The notes: generated from the sequence alone by a model not told the origin. A DNA stretch of 64,000 bases from an uncultured Candidatus Saccharimonas sp. (GCA_943354005.1 CALRBE010000005.1:21910-85909), one strand, 5' to 3'; positions 48,598 through 58,192 are shown, counted from the stretch's first letter. Numbers and translations: made by a program.

Positions 48598-50112
48598 ATG
48601 GACCCAATTACCATTGGACTAGCAGTGGCTGGGCTTGCTGTTGGATTTGGAGCAAGCACTACATTAAGCAAGAGAAAAGTCAGCACAGCACAAGATGCAG
48701 CTGAAAAAGAACTTAAAAAAGCTCAGAAAGAGGCCGACAAGAAGCTAGAAGAAGCTCGAGAAGAGGCCCAACGTGTAGCAGAGCAGTCTCGCAAGGATGA
48801 GCAATCTCGTCGTCGAGAAATTAAAGATATTGAACAGCGTCTTTTAGAACGCCAAGAATCTCTTGATAAGAAGCTCGATCAGCTCGATAAACGAAATGAG
48901 GCTTTACGCAAAGGCGAAGATGAAGTAGAAGATCTTAAGAACGAGATTCGTGAAATTCGTCGCAAGCAACAAGAGAAGCTAGAAAAAGTTGCAAAACTAA
49001 CTAAAGAAGATGCAGCTGAAAAGCTTATTAAAATGACTGAACGAGATATAAAAAATGATCTCACAGGACTTGTTATCAAACTTCAAAATGAAGCAAAAGA
49101 AACAGCAGATGAAAAAGCCGCTGTTATCATTACGACTGCCATGGAACGAATGGCAAGCGAAGTGACTGCAGAGAGAACAGTAACTGCAGTTAAGCTTGAA
49201 GATGAAGAAATGAAGGGCCGCATAATCGGGAAAGAGGGCCGTAATATTCAGTCACTTCAGCGTGCAACTGGCGTTGACATTATGGTTGATGATACTCCGG
49301 GTATGATCATATTAAGCTCTTTCGATCCTGTACGACGCGAAGTTGCTCGTCAAGCTCTAGAGATGCTCTTAAAGGACGGACGAGTTCATCCTGGACGAAT
49401 TGAAGAGATTGTTGAGAAAGCCCAAAAGAACGTACAGAAAGACGTTATACGGGCAGGTGAAGATGCAGCACGCGAAGTTGGAGTTATAGGTATACCTAAA
49501 GACATACTTCAGCTCCTTGGTGAACTAAAGTATCGAACTAGCTACGGCCAAAACGTACTTAAGCATTCAACTGAAATGGCACATATCGCTGGTGTTATAG
49601 CTGAAGAAGTTGGAGCAGATGTGCGCATTACAAAGTATGCAGCATTAGTACATGACCTTGGTAAGGCTCTTACTCACAAGGTTGAAGGCAAGCATCACCA
49701 CATTAGTGGCGAAGTATTACGTAAGTACGGTGCCCCAGAACAAGTTGCACAAGCCGCTGAGCAGCATCATGACGATGTGGAGGCTACAAGTGTCGAAGCA
49801 ATCATTATCCGTGTTGTTGACGCAATTAGCGCATCACGACCTGGAGCACGAAACATTAGTGCTGAAAACTTTGGTGAGCGTATGAAGGAACTTGAGAACA
49901 TTGCAAACGGATTCGAAGGCATTGATAAGTCATATGCGATTAGTGCAGGTCGTGAAGTGCGTGTCTTTGTCCGTCCTCAAAATGTCGACGATCTTTCTGC
50001 AATTCGCCTCGCTCGAGACATTGCTAACAAAATTGAGAGTACAATGCAGTACCCAGGTACTATCAAGGTCAATGTTATTCGTGAAACCCGTGCTATAGAG
50101 TTTGCAAAATAA
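48598..50112 (+). CDS. rny: ribonuclease Y
   Basis: N-terminal TM helix, coiled coil, KH (GKEGRNIQ) and HD domain (LVHDLGK). Confidence 0.95.
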   Translation: MDPITIGLAVAGLAVGFGASTTLSKRKVSTAQDAAEKELKKAQKEADKKLEEAREEAQRVAEQSRKDEQSRRREIKDIEQRLLERQESLDKKLDQLDKRNEALRKGEDEVEDLKNEIREIRRKQQEKLEKVAKLTKEDAAEKLIKMTERDIKNDLTGLVIKLQNEAKETADEKAAVIITTAMERMASEVTAERTVTAVKLEDEEMKGRIIGKEGRNIQSLQRATGVDIMVDDTPGMIILSSFDPVRREVARQALEMLLKDGRVHPGRIEEIVEKAQKNVQKDVIRAGEDAAREVGVIGIPKDILQLLGELKYRTSYGQNVLKHSTEMAHIAGVIAEEVGADVRITKYAALVHDLGKALTHKVEGKHHHISGEVLRKYGAPEQVAQAAEQHHDDVEATSVEAIIIRVVDAISASRPGARNISAENFGERMKELENIANGFEGIDKSYAISAGREVRVFVRPQNVDDLSAIRLARDIANKIESTMQYPGTIKVNVIRETRAIEFAK

Positions 50113-50157
50113 TATATATTTGGCTCGCATATCACCCATTTGATATAGTGTAAGCAT

Positions 50158-50880
50158 ATGCGAGATATACTATTATTAAAGATTCGATTAAGCTGGTACT
50201 TCGTTATATTATTCCTACTCTTTGTCGGATTGGCATTGATATTGCCAAGGCAAAATTTTGCAGGTGGAGCCCTGACTCTATTTTCCGTAAACTCATTCCT
50301 ATACGGGTTTTATATATCCCCAATATTAAGTGAGCAGAAGAGTCGTATTAATGAGTTACATAGATTAGTTAGATCTGAATCCAACGCCATCTTTGCTATG
50401 GTTCTAAGCACTAAAGAGTATCCAGAAAAACTAGGTTCAGATATCAGGAATATGTTTACAAACTATGTAAAAAGTAATACTCGTAATCATCGAAAAGTTG
50501 CAGAAGTTGCGTATGAACGTATTATTACTTATTGCGTAGAATACAAGGGAAAGAATGAAAAAGAAGTAGAAGCATTGTTAGATAAACTCGTTGCTAATCA
50601 GCAAAATCGTACAATGCTTACAATGCAGCTAGAGGATAAGGTATACAGCAATGAATGGATGATTATCCTGATGCTTTTTTCAATTACTCTCTCTTTCGTC
50701 CTTCTTTTGGATACGGGTACAAGCTTCATCTTGCGGATTGTTACTGCATTACTATGCACAGGACTTACGATGCTTCTAATTATTCTTCTGAAGCTCAGTA
50801 CTTTGACTCATAAGAAAGCCCGCCAAATCTGGAAGCCCATGGAAAAGCTTATTGACAGTAACTACTACAGGACTGATTAA
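50158..50880 (+). CDS. membrane protein (DUF4239-like), unknown function
   Basis: 240 aa with TM helices at both ends. TGaTATAGT lies 8 nt before the ATG. Confidence 0.45.
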   Translation: MRDILLLKIRLSWYFVILFLLFVGLALILPRQNFAGGALTLFSVNSFLYGFYISPILSEQKSRINELHRLVRSESNAIFAMVLSTKEYPEKLGSDIRNMFTNYVKSNTRNHRKVAEVAYERIITYCVEYKGKNEKEVEALLDKLVANQQNRTMLTMQLEDKVYSNEWMIILMLFSITLSFVLLLDTGTSFILRIVTALLCTGLTMLLIILLKLSTLTHKKARQIWKPMEKLIDSNYYRTD

Positions 50881-50938
50881 TTTTTGTACTGTACGTACCG
50901 CTGTTAACAGGTTATAATAGTGCAGTTACACGTGGCAT

Positions 50939-51015
50939 CGGGGTGTGGCGCAGTTGGCTAGCGCGCGCGGTTTGGGACCGCGAGGTCGAAGGTTCGAGTC
51001 CTTTCACCCCGACCA
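50939..51015 (+). tRNA. tRNA-Pro(TGG)
   Basis: Acceptor CGGGGTG/CACCCCG, anticodon loop TTTGGGA. CCA is encoded. TATAAT lies at 50913-50918. Confidence 0.92.
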
Positions 51016-51060
51016 GAAGAAACTTTACTTAAATCCACCATTTATTCAAATGGTGGATTT
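51008..51060 (+). repeat. direct repeat copy A (tRNA-Pro 3' end, flank and terminator hairpin)
   Basis: CCCGACCAGAAGAAACTTTACTTAAATCCACCA-tttattcaaa-TGGTGGATTT. Confidence 0.85.
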
Positions 51061-51094
51061 AGTTTTTCTAGCTCTGTTAAATGCTGTCGTAATA

Positions 51095-51670
51095 TTATTG
51101 TTTCTGAGTTCTTTGTCTTGCAGTTAGAATAGTGGCACTCATAAGAATGTTTACTAGCATTATGTAGACTGGGTATGAAAGATTAGTCCAGCTATAGGAC
51201 TCAAAGGCGAACAATGCTATTAGTGCCCCGAAACCCGACCAAGCGAACGTGGTCCATGTTTCTTCAAAGGGTTTTTGCCAAGAATGCTTAAACGTTGGTA
51301 AAGCACCTATTAGATCTATGGTTAATGCTGCGTAAACTGCTATAAGAGGCGTGTTAAAAATTTGCCATAGAATGAGTCCAACCACTGCTGCAAGCTGGCA
51401 CATTACATCGAATTTAGTGTACTTAACATACCCATGCCTCAGCCCAAGTATTACGACTAATGCTGTCGCTATCCCTGCGGCACCAGTAAAGAAAGCGGCA
51501 CGATATTCGTTAGCTGAGATAAGAGCTGCCGTTGCTAGCCCAGTGAGCAATGTCCAAGTTAACCAAGACACGATGTTAGGCTTTGTTTTGCCCTTAAGAA
51601 TGTCACGAATATAAGGAATTACTGCACTAATAGTAATAACAGCCGATAACAAGAGTAGAATGTCTTTCAT
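51095..51670 (-). CDS. polytopic membrane protein, unknown function (sole gene between the tRNA-Pro repeats)
   Basis: 191 aa from the ATG at 51670, with TGcGATATT 6 nt upstream. The track ORF to 51859 starts at a TTG inside the repeat-B hairpin loop. Confidence 0.55.
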   Translation of the reverse strand: MKDILLLLSAVITISAVIPYIRDILKGKTKPNIVSWLTWTLLTGLATAALISANEYRAAFFTGAAGIATALVVILGLRHGYVKYTKFDVMCQLAAVVGLILWQIFNTPLIAVYAALTIDLIGALPTFKHSWQKPFEETWTTFAWSGFGALIALFAFESYSWTNLSYPVYIMLVNILMSATILTARQRTQKQ

Positions 51671-51822
51671 CTCTATAATATCGCACATATATACTAAGTT
51701 TTCAATCTGAACCATCATTGTTTTTGAACTACAAGCTTTTCTAAGATCATCTAGGATACTTTTAGCTTCGTCTGAGTATTCTACTAACAGATGGTTCAAT
51801 AGTTCGTATAGGGTATGTTCGA

Positions 51823-51875
51823 CCCGACCAGAAGAAACTTTACATAAATCCACCAGCAAATTGTATGGTGGATTT
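51823..51875 (+). repeat. direct repeat copy B (partial tRNA-Pro 3' end, flank and terminator hairpin)
   Basis: CCCGACCAGAAGAAACTTTACATAAATCCACCA-gcaaattgta-TGGTGGATTTTT. 42/53 identical to copy A, with the differences confined to the hairpin loop plus one other base. It is preceded by GTTCGA, which matches the T-loop. Confidence 0.85.
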
Positions 51876-51962
51876 TTATATACATAATCTTAATTACCAC
51901 TGTATATAAGAAATACAGCATTTATTGAATTTAAGCACTACAATTAACTGTATAATACAAGA

Positions 51963-53258
51963 GTGGTGAGAGCTATAAACAGGAAATATGTAGTCTTATG
52001 CGGTTTATTGGTCGCTGTTTTATTTTTTGTCTCTTACATTGATACGATGCAAAGATTTATTTTTGCTGATAGTGATGATGAGCCATACTCGATATTTATT
52101 ATTGCTGGTCAATCTAACGCTGAGGGAACTAACTCATTCAGAAGTCAGCTCCCAGCCGGTACAGGATTCGATAAGCAAGATCATCCTGCAGATGTGGACA
52201 CCAAATTTTGGTGGGCTGGAGCAGATGGAAAAGGACCAAGCAGCGCTGTCGATTGGCTGACTATTTTTAACGGTGAGAGTGTCGCTGGATGGATTGACTC
52301 TGGTTCGGGTGTAACGCTTAATAAGTTAAAAAATTTGAACAGTACTCAGCGCGGGGGACTTTTTGGTTCTGAACTGGGTGCCGGCCGAACGTTATACGAC
52401 AAGGGACGACGTAAAGTTATTATCCTTAAAGTTACCTACGGCTTTCAGTCTCTTGCACAATCTACGAGCCAGTTTATTCCATATGATTGGAACTCAGCCG
52501 ATGCACAAACAAGACAGAAGAGTTACTATAGATTGAAAACAGAGTATGATCAGCTTACTGAGCAGTTACGATCTCAAGGTAAGAAATACACCATTGACGG
52601 ATTCCTATGGATGCAGGGCGAAACCGACACACTACAAACTGAGTATGCAGCTGCTTACAAACAAAACTTACTTAGTCTGACACAGGCAATCCGCAATGAT
52701 TTCAAGCTACATCCCGCGGCGCATATTGTACTAGGAAAAATATCATTAAAGCAGTGCATCGAGGAGTCTTACCCTGTAACAGGCAACTACTGTGGCGCGC
52801 CGTGGGCTGGAAGTCTTGACCCTCTTGCTTTTTCAGTTACTGAATCTCAACAAGCAGTGTATGCTGACAGACATAGACAAGTACGAGATGCAATGCAATT
52901 TGTCGCCGATAACGACCAGGCATATAAGCAAAAGGTAGACGTCGTAGAAACAGGAGACTTAAAGCGAGGTTATGACAGTATACACTTAACCGAATCAAGC
53001 CAGCTTGAACTTGGCAAAAGGTTCGTCAACATGTATTCACTACCAAAGCGCTATAACTCAGACGATCCGATTCCTGGTAGAAATTTAGATTATGACCGAG
53101 ATGGTGTCCTAAACTCAGCAGAAGATACTGGCCGGGGCCAGGGTTGTCCATTGAGTTATAACGCGGTAAATAACGGAAATTTAGGTGACGATGATTCGGA
53201 CTGCGATGGCTTTCCTAACTACCTAGATAAGATTAATGGCATAGGTAGCGGACTATGA
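51963..53258 (+). CDS. secreted SGNH/SASA-like (sialate O-acetylesterase family) esterase with C-terminal TSP3-like calcium-binding repeats
   Basis: IIAGQSNAEG and WMQGETD motifs. The C-terminal DYDRDGVLNSAED and DDDSDCDGFPNYLD are Asp-rich repeats. The GTG start lies 6 nt after TATAAT. Confidence 0.65.
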   Translation: MVRAINRKYVVLCGLLVAVLFFVSYIDTMQRFIFADSDDEPYSIFIIAGQSNAEGTNSFRSQLPAGTGFDKQDHPADVDTKFWWAGADGKGPSSAVDWLTIFNGESVAGWIDSGSGVTLNKLKNLNSTQRGGLFGSELGAGRTLYDKGRRKVIILKVTYGFQSLAQSTSQFIPYDWNSADAQTRQKSYYRLKTEYDQLTEQLRSQGKKYTIDGFLWMQGETDTLQTEYAAAYKQNLLSLTQAIRNDFKLHPAAHIVLGKISLKQCIEESYPVTGNYCGAPWAGSLDPLAFSVTESQQAVYADRHRQVRDAMQFVADNDQAYKQKVDVVETGDLKRGYDSIHLTESSQLELGKRFVNMYSLPKRYNSDDPIPGRNLDYDRDGVLNSAEDTGRGQGCPLSYNAVNNGNLGDDDSDCDGFPNYLDKINGIGSGL

Positions 53259-56200
53259 AAATAAAAGATATAGTCCTTCGTCAATGCAACAAGCTCCGCA
53301 AGTCCATAAAACAAATAAATAATAAAAAAATGCGCATTGGACTAATCATTGCTGGAGGTTTTTTTATATTGTTGTCGGTAATTATCTATGCTGTTCAACA
53401 TAATAAAAAACCAGCAAAGATTAAGAATGACATTATTATTGTTTCTGATGCAAAGACGGAAACGAGTAACGTTAATGCGAGTCCCGGCGAAAAAGTCACG
53501 TGGCAAAAAAGCCTAAAATTAAATTATCCATCCGATGCAGTAGACGGAAGTATTATTGAAGAAATAGATGAGAACCAGGAGTTCAATGGTCAATTAAATT
53601 TGCCAAAAGGTTGGACAGCGGAGTATTCGATTGATTCTAGGTCTACGGCTGCCGATAGTCGCGTCTATAGCTCAACATTACCAAATGATCCAACTACCGT
53701 AACGTTTATTAAAATTAAGACTGGTACTACTGACGATTTAAACCCTGTCTCTCAAAAGGCTCTAATTCAGCCTCTTGATGAAAGACAATTAATAACCAAC
53801 GGCAATGTACCCTCATCCCCGATTATTTATAACGATAAGGTATTTATAATTTATAAAGCAGTGCGGGCAACTACCTCCTCTGTCTCTATGGACTGTTTTG
53901 ATTTAAAAACGTACGCAAGCTGTAGCGACGTCACATTTCCAACTTATTTATCCGCAGATGGAACTAATGAAGTGCCCACTGCTCTAGGTACTGGAACCAG
54001 GAACATCAGCACTCCTAAAGATCTACAGCACGTCTTAGACTCTGATACGGGTAAGTTGTACATACCAGGTCAAAGCGGCAATAACTATGGGGTTACTTGT
54101 ATTAACTTATCCTTATTTCAAAATTGTGGATTCACAATATTAGGTTCGAGCACTGCTCCTACGGGTTCTAATCCCGCTCTAATATCAGGCTTTGTTCAAT
54201 TGGGTACTAAACTGTATGGACACGCCAATGATGCCGATCGAACTTATCAAACGGTTGTTTGTTTTGATCTTGAGACCAATGCTTCATGTTCTGGTTACAG
54301 CGCGACGTCTAATGCTGCAACCCTAACATATAAATTGTCTGAACATGCAGGTTCGTATGAGACTACTGGAAAACACGTTGTGAGCGGCGATAAAATGTAC
54401 TGGCTTGTAAACTATCGAACTGGCAACACAAGTATCCCAGAATTTTTTGCCCCGACTGGGACTCAGCGTGATCAAGGTACTCGTCTAGCTTGCTATGACG
54501 TTGTATTAAATCAGGTATGCACAGGGTGGCCTCTTAATGGCGGTCCGGCTCGGTATTTTACTGGACTTGGTACTGAACGGCCGTATGGACTATTCACATG
54601 GAAAAATCCTGGGGGGACCGATAAGGGGATATGCTTGTCGGCAGGCCTCGCAGGTTTTTATTCAGCGTTCGATCCAGGCATCAGTTGTTTCGACCTTTCT
54701 ACAGGAGCAGCATTAAGCGATCCCAGCTCACCTACGCTGTTTCCATCGCAATGGCTATATTTTCCATGGACGATGTCTTCGGATATTACAAATATAACGA
54801 ATGAAGCGGACGGGCATCAACGATCTTACTTCGCTTTATATAAAACTGCTGACGGTGCACTTACATCGGCTCGCACAGGAGGTGCAACAATATGTTACGA
54901 CTGGGATAAGCCAGGATTATGTGATGATTTCCCAAAAATAAAATATTGGAACGAGATTAACGACGGTAATAGTGGTGACGTGGGATATGCTGCAGACGGT
55001 TCATGTATGTGGGGTATTGGGGCATCTGGATATGTGTGGACATACAATAAGACCACTGCTGAATCTCCTTGCAGAACAACGAAAACTACGCAAACCGTCA
55101 GTCTTAATGCAGACGATTTTTACTGTGACGGCAATACCCATTCGTTTAATTGGAAGCGCGCTAAGTTATCGAACGCCAGCATGTATGATTTCCAAAACTA
55201 CTACGTGACAGTTAAAAATAGCGCCGGCCAAATATTAATACAAAAACAGGACATAAAAGAACTAGGTTATCTTGATTTATCGTCGATACCGTATGTAGGA
55301 AATGAACAATTGATCATCGATGTTGAGTCAACGGTATACAATACTAGTCCTTGGGCAAATGGTAACCTTCCGTATGCGACAGTTGTAGCTGATGCGGATG
55401 AAGCTCAGTATTGTTACGAAACAAATACTAAAAGTTATTGTGATATTGCTGGCATAGCGTCATTATCTAGTGCAGTAGTAAATATTCCAGACGATAGTTT
55501 AATAGATAATACGATAACGGAAGTTGTAGTAGATCAACCTGCTCAAACCCAATGTTTTAAAGATGTAAAACTCTCAATCACCAAAGATCGAACAAGTATA
55601 ACTAGAGGGGATAACATAACGTATAGTCTTAATATACAGAATAAGGCAAATATTGATCCTGAGGGGAGGGGGAATATAACTGGTGCGACCGTTGAGGCCA
55701 CAATACCAAGTGGTTTGGCCTATGTCAGTTCGTCAGCTGGTGGTTCCGTTGAAGGAAGTAAGGTAGTTTGGAATAACCAGACTTTCGTGGCGGCTTCAAG
55801 CTATGAAAAAACAGTAACGTTTAAGGTCCCCGCCACAGGTCTTGTGCCGCAAGAAAAGCCCAAAAAAGGAGTGGTATATGCTGCTACTTCACAGCAGAAT
55901 ATAGCTTTTAATGCAAACATCATATTTGATGGTGATACGTATCAAGCGGACAATAGCTCAGGCGATACAGGTGTCGTTCTTTCTATTACAACCCCAGAAA
56001 CTACAGCCCCAACAACCCCAGAAACTACAGCCCCAACCACCCCAGAAACTCCAGAAACTACAGCCCCAACAACCCCAGAAACTCCAGAAACTCCAACCCC
56101 TCCTGAGACGACTGCAAACATAAGGACGGGACCAACTCCGTATACGCCGCTTGTATTACAACGGTTTATTCCTTCAGTCCTAGAAAAGCCGGTAGAATTT

Positions 56201-57520
56201 ATATTCAGGACATTTAATCTAGGTGCTTCTGCGGTTCCAGTAGCCATAGCAAAAGCATCACCGTTCTTGCTTATCAGCATCTTGATAATACTGGCAATCT
56301 TCTATGGCATACAGGCTCTCATACAAAAGAAAGTGCGTCTAGAGTTTGCGGCCTTAAAAGAGCGCTTTAAACAGACTGAAACTCAAAGAAAGAAATTCAT
56401 CGATCTATCCACTCACTACCTAAATACACCGATTGTTACTATGAAGTCTACTGTAGAACTATTAGGCTTTGATAACGCGATATCTAAAGAGACTAGCTCT
56501 GCGATAAGCACTAGACTCAATAAGCTTTCCCAGGATGTGAGTACTATACTCGAAAATTCTCAAAAAACTGAGGTTTCGAACGGGCTCCAGGCTCAGACTT
56601 TAGAGGACACAAGTTTACTCAAATTTAGTTCAAAGCGTGCGGTAATCGTACCTTTAGTAAGCGTTCTTTTACTCGCAATATTTGTGAATGTACTTTTTGT
56701 ATGGACTAAGAAGTTTACCATTAATCCAGCTGTTCTTTCGACGCAACTTATAGTGTATCTTGCTGGTGCGTTTGGCCTATTGCTAGCTTACAGGAATCTT
56801 TTCCAGCAAAGACTTGTCACCTCATACGCCAACCAAGAATTAAATCTTGAAAAAGAGGTGTTCAATGCTCAGACAAGTCTCATTCGTGAAGGTAGCGGTG
56901 TAATACAAGATGATATCCTAGAAATTGATCGCTATGCACAGCAAATTCAGGCAGTTCCAAGAGGAAAAACTTTCAGTAACGGGCTTTCATCAATTAAGTA
57001 TATTGTTTCAAAAATGGCCTTTTTGAGTGCTATCGAAACTCAAACCTCAGCCATTGCTTTGGATACAACACAGTTTGAACATATTGTTTCTGAGGCTGTT
57101 GAAAAGTATCGTGAATTTGCACAATCAAAACAAATTCGATTCTCAACTATGATACAGCCAGATATCACTGCCCAAATTGATGAAGTGAGCTTAAGACATG
57201 TTCTATCTTCATTGATGGATAACGCAATTAAATTTTCAAAAGCCGGAGACAGTATTGATGTTGCAGTAAAAGGCGATAAGAAAGAAACACATATTACCGT
57301 ATCTGATACAGGTGAAGGTATTGAGGCTCAAGCTAAAGAAAAGATATTTGCACCTTTTTCAAGGGCTACAGACACCCAGCAATTAAATTATGAAGGTCTA
57401 GGCCTTAGTCTTTATACAGATAAGATAATCACAGATAAATATAATGGATCGATTACATTATCAGAAAATCCTGGCGGAGGCACTATAGTCAAAGTTGCTC
57501 TGCCTTCCAAAATAGAATAA
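53255..57520 (+). CDS. giant membrane sensor histidine kinase with ~950-aa extracytoplasmic region
   Basis: N-terminal TM helix, Cys-motif repeats, a DUF11-like repeat domain, a PT-rich linker, TM helices, an H-box-like STHYLNTPI, and an HATPase_c domain (DNAIKFS, DTGEGI, GLGLSL). ATGA overlap with the upstream gene. Confidence 0.8.
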   Translation: MKIKDIVLRQCNKLRKSIKQINNKKMRIGLIIAGGFFILLSVIIYAVQHNKKPAKIKNDIIIVSDAKTETSNVNASPGEKVTWQKSLKLNYPSDAVDGSIIEEIDENQEFNGQLNLPKGWTAEYSIDSRSTAADSRVYSSTLPNDPTTVTFIKIKTGTTDDLNPVSQKALIQPLDERQLITNGNVPSSPIIYNDKVFIIYKAVRATTSSVSMDCFDLKTYASCSDVTFPTYLSADGTNEVPTALGTGTRNISTPKDLQHVLDSDTGKLYIPGQSGNNYGVTCINLSLFQNCGFTILGSSTAPTGSNPALISGFVQLGTKLYGHANDADRTYQTVVCFDLETNASCSGYSATSNAATLTYKLSEHAGSYETTGKHVVSGDKMYWLVNYRTGNTSIPEFFAPTGTQRDQGTRLACYDVVLNQVCTGWPLNGGPARYFTGLGTERPYGLFTWKNPGGTDKGICLSAGLAGFYSAFDPGISCFDLSTGAALSDPSSPTLFPSQWLYFPWTMSSDITNITNEADGHQRSYFALYKTADGALTSARTGGATICYDWDKPGLCDDFPKIKYWNEINDGNSGDVGYAADGSCMWGIGASGYVWTYNKTTAESPCRTTKTTQTVSLNADDFYCDGNTHSFNWKRAKLSNASMYDFQNYYVTVKNSAGQILIQKQDIKELGYLDLSSIPYVGNEQLIIDVESTVYNTSPWANGNLPYATVVADADEAQYCYETNTKSYCDIAGIASLSSAVVNIPDDSLIDNTITEVVVDQPAQTQCFKDVKLSITKDRTSITRGDNITYSLNIQNKANIDPEGRGNITGATVEATIPSGLAYVSSSAGGSVEGSKVVWNNQTFVAASSYEKTVTFKVPATGLVPQEKPKKGVVYAATSQQNIAFNANIIFDGDTYQADNSSGDTGVVLSITTPETTAPTTPETTAPTTPETPETTAPTTPETPETPTPPETTANIRTGPTPYTPLVLQRFIPSVLEKPVEFIFRTFNLGASAVPVAIAKASPFLLISILIILAIFYGIQALIQKKVRLEFAALKERFKQTETQRKKFIDLSTHYLNTPIVTMKSTVELLGFDNAISKETSSAISTRLNKLSQDVSTILENSQKTEVSNGLQAQTLEDTSLLKFSSKRAVIVPLVSVLLLAIFVNVLFVWTKKFTINPAVLSTQLIVYLAGAFGLLLAYRNLFQQRLVTSYANQELNLEKEVFNAQTSLIREGSGVIQDDILEIDRYAQQIQAVPRGKTFSNGLSSIKYIVSKMAFLSAIETQTSAIALDTTQFEHIVSEAVEKYREFAQSKQIRFSTMIQPDITAQIDEVSLRHVLSSLMDNAIKFSKAGDSIDVAVKGDKKETHITVSDTGEGIEAQAKEKIFAPFSRATDTQQLNYEGLGLSLYTDKIITDKYNGSITLSENPGGGTIVKVALPSKIE
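55988..56113 (+). repeat. tandem coding repeat (TTPETTAP/TPE units)
   Basis: ACCCCAGAAACTACAGCCCCAACA-type 24-nt units with 9-nt CCAGAAACT sub-repeats, encoding a Pro/Thr/Glu linker. Confidence 0.85.
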
Positions 57521-57567
57521 TAAATAGGATCAATACTTTATTGGTAGTCTAATGTACAATAAAGGTT

Positions 57568-58191
57568 ATGATAAAAATAATTCTTGCCTTAGGGCCGATA
57601 CTACTGATGCTTGTAGTATCTGAATATTTTTGGCGTAAAAAACTAGTTCGCGGTGAGTCATCCAGAAAGCTACTGCACATTATAATCGGAGCATACGTTG
57701 CCACTTGGCCCGCTTTCTTATCCTTTAGTGCAATTCAAAATATAAGTGCTGCATTCCTTGTCGTTGTTCTACTATCTCAGCGATTTAACATTTTTAAGGC
57801 AATCAACGATGTAAAACGTAAGACATGGGGCGATGTGCTCTACGCATTAGGCATTGGTCTGGCTGCAACACTTACTCGTGATCCTTGGATTTTTGCAGTT
57901 GCGATTCTATTCATGAGCCTGTCTGACGGAATGGCTGGGCTTGTTGGGAGCCATTTCGGAAAAAACAGTCGCTATACTATTTTTGGCAACAAAAAAAGTA
58001 TAGTTGGTACACTTGCATTCATCCTATGTTCATTTGCGATTCTTATAGGTGTTCAATCTGTCCACTCATTAGCTATAACGCCACTCATGTTCATTGTCTT
58101 GCCTTTTATGGCTGCAGCCTTAGAGAATCTTGGGGCACTAGGTAGCGATAATATTCTAATTCCTGTACTTGTTGTTTTAGCGCTAAGCTAA
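57568..58191 (+). CDS. polyprenol/dolichol kinase - CTP-transferase family membrane protein
   Basis: 207 aa, polytopic, with SSRKLLHI and SDGMAGLVG motifs. TACAAT lies 7 nt before the ATG. Confidence 0.55.
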   Translation: MIKIILALGPILLMLVVSEYFWRKKLVRGESSRKLLHIIIGAYVATWPAFLSFSAIQNISAAFLVVVLLSQRFNIFKAINDVKRKTWGDVLYALGIGLAATLTRDPWIFAVAILFMSLSDGMAGLVGSHFGKNSRYTIFGNKKSIVGTLAFILCSFAILIGVQSVHSLAITPLMFIVLPFMAAALENLGALGSDNILIPVLVVLALS

Positions 58192-58192
58192 G

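Noticed and set aside
55942-56280. 112-aa minus-strand ORF and +2-frame ORF 55911-56123
   Set aside because: Both arise from the Pro/Thr tandem repeat inside the kinase gene and give repetitive products on the antisense strand or in an alternate frame.
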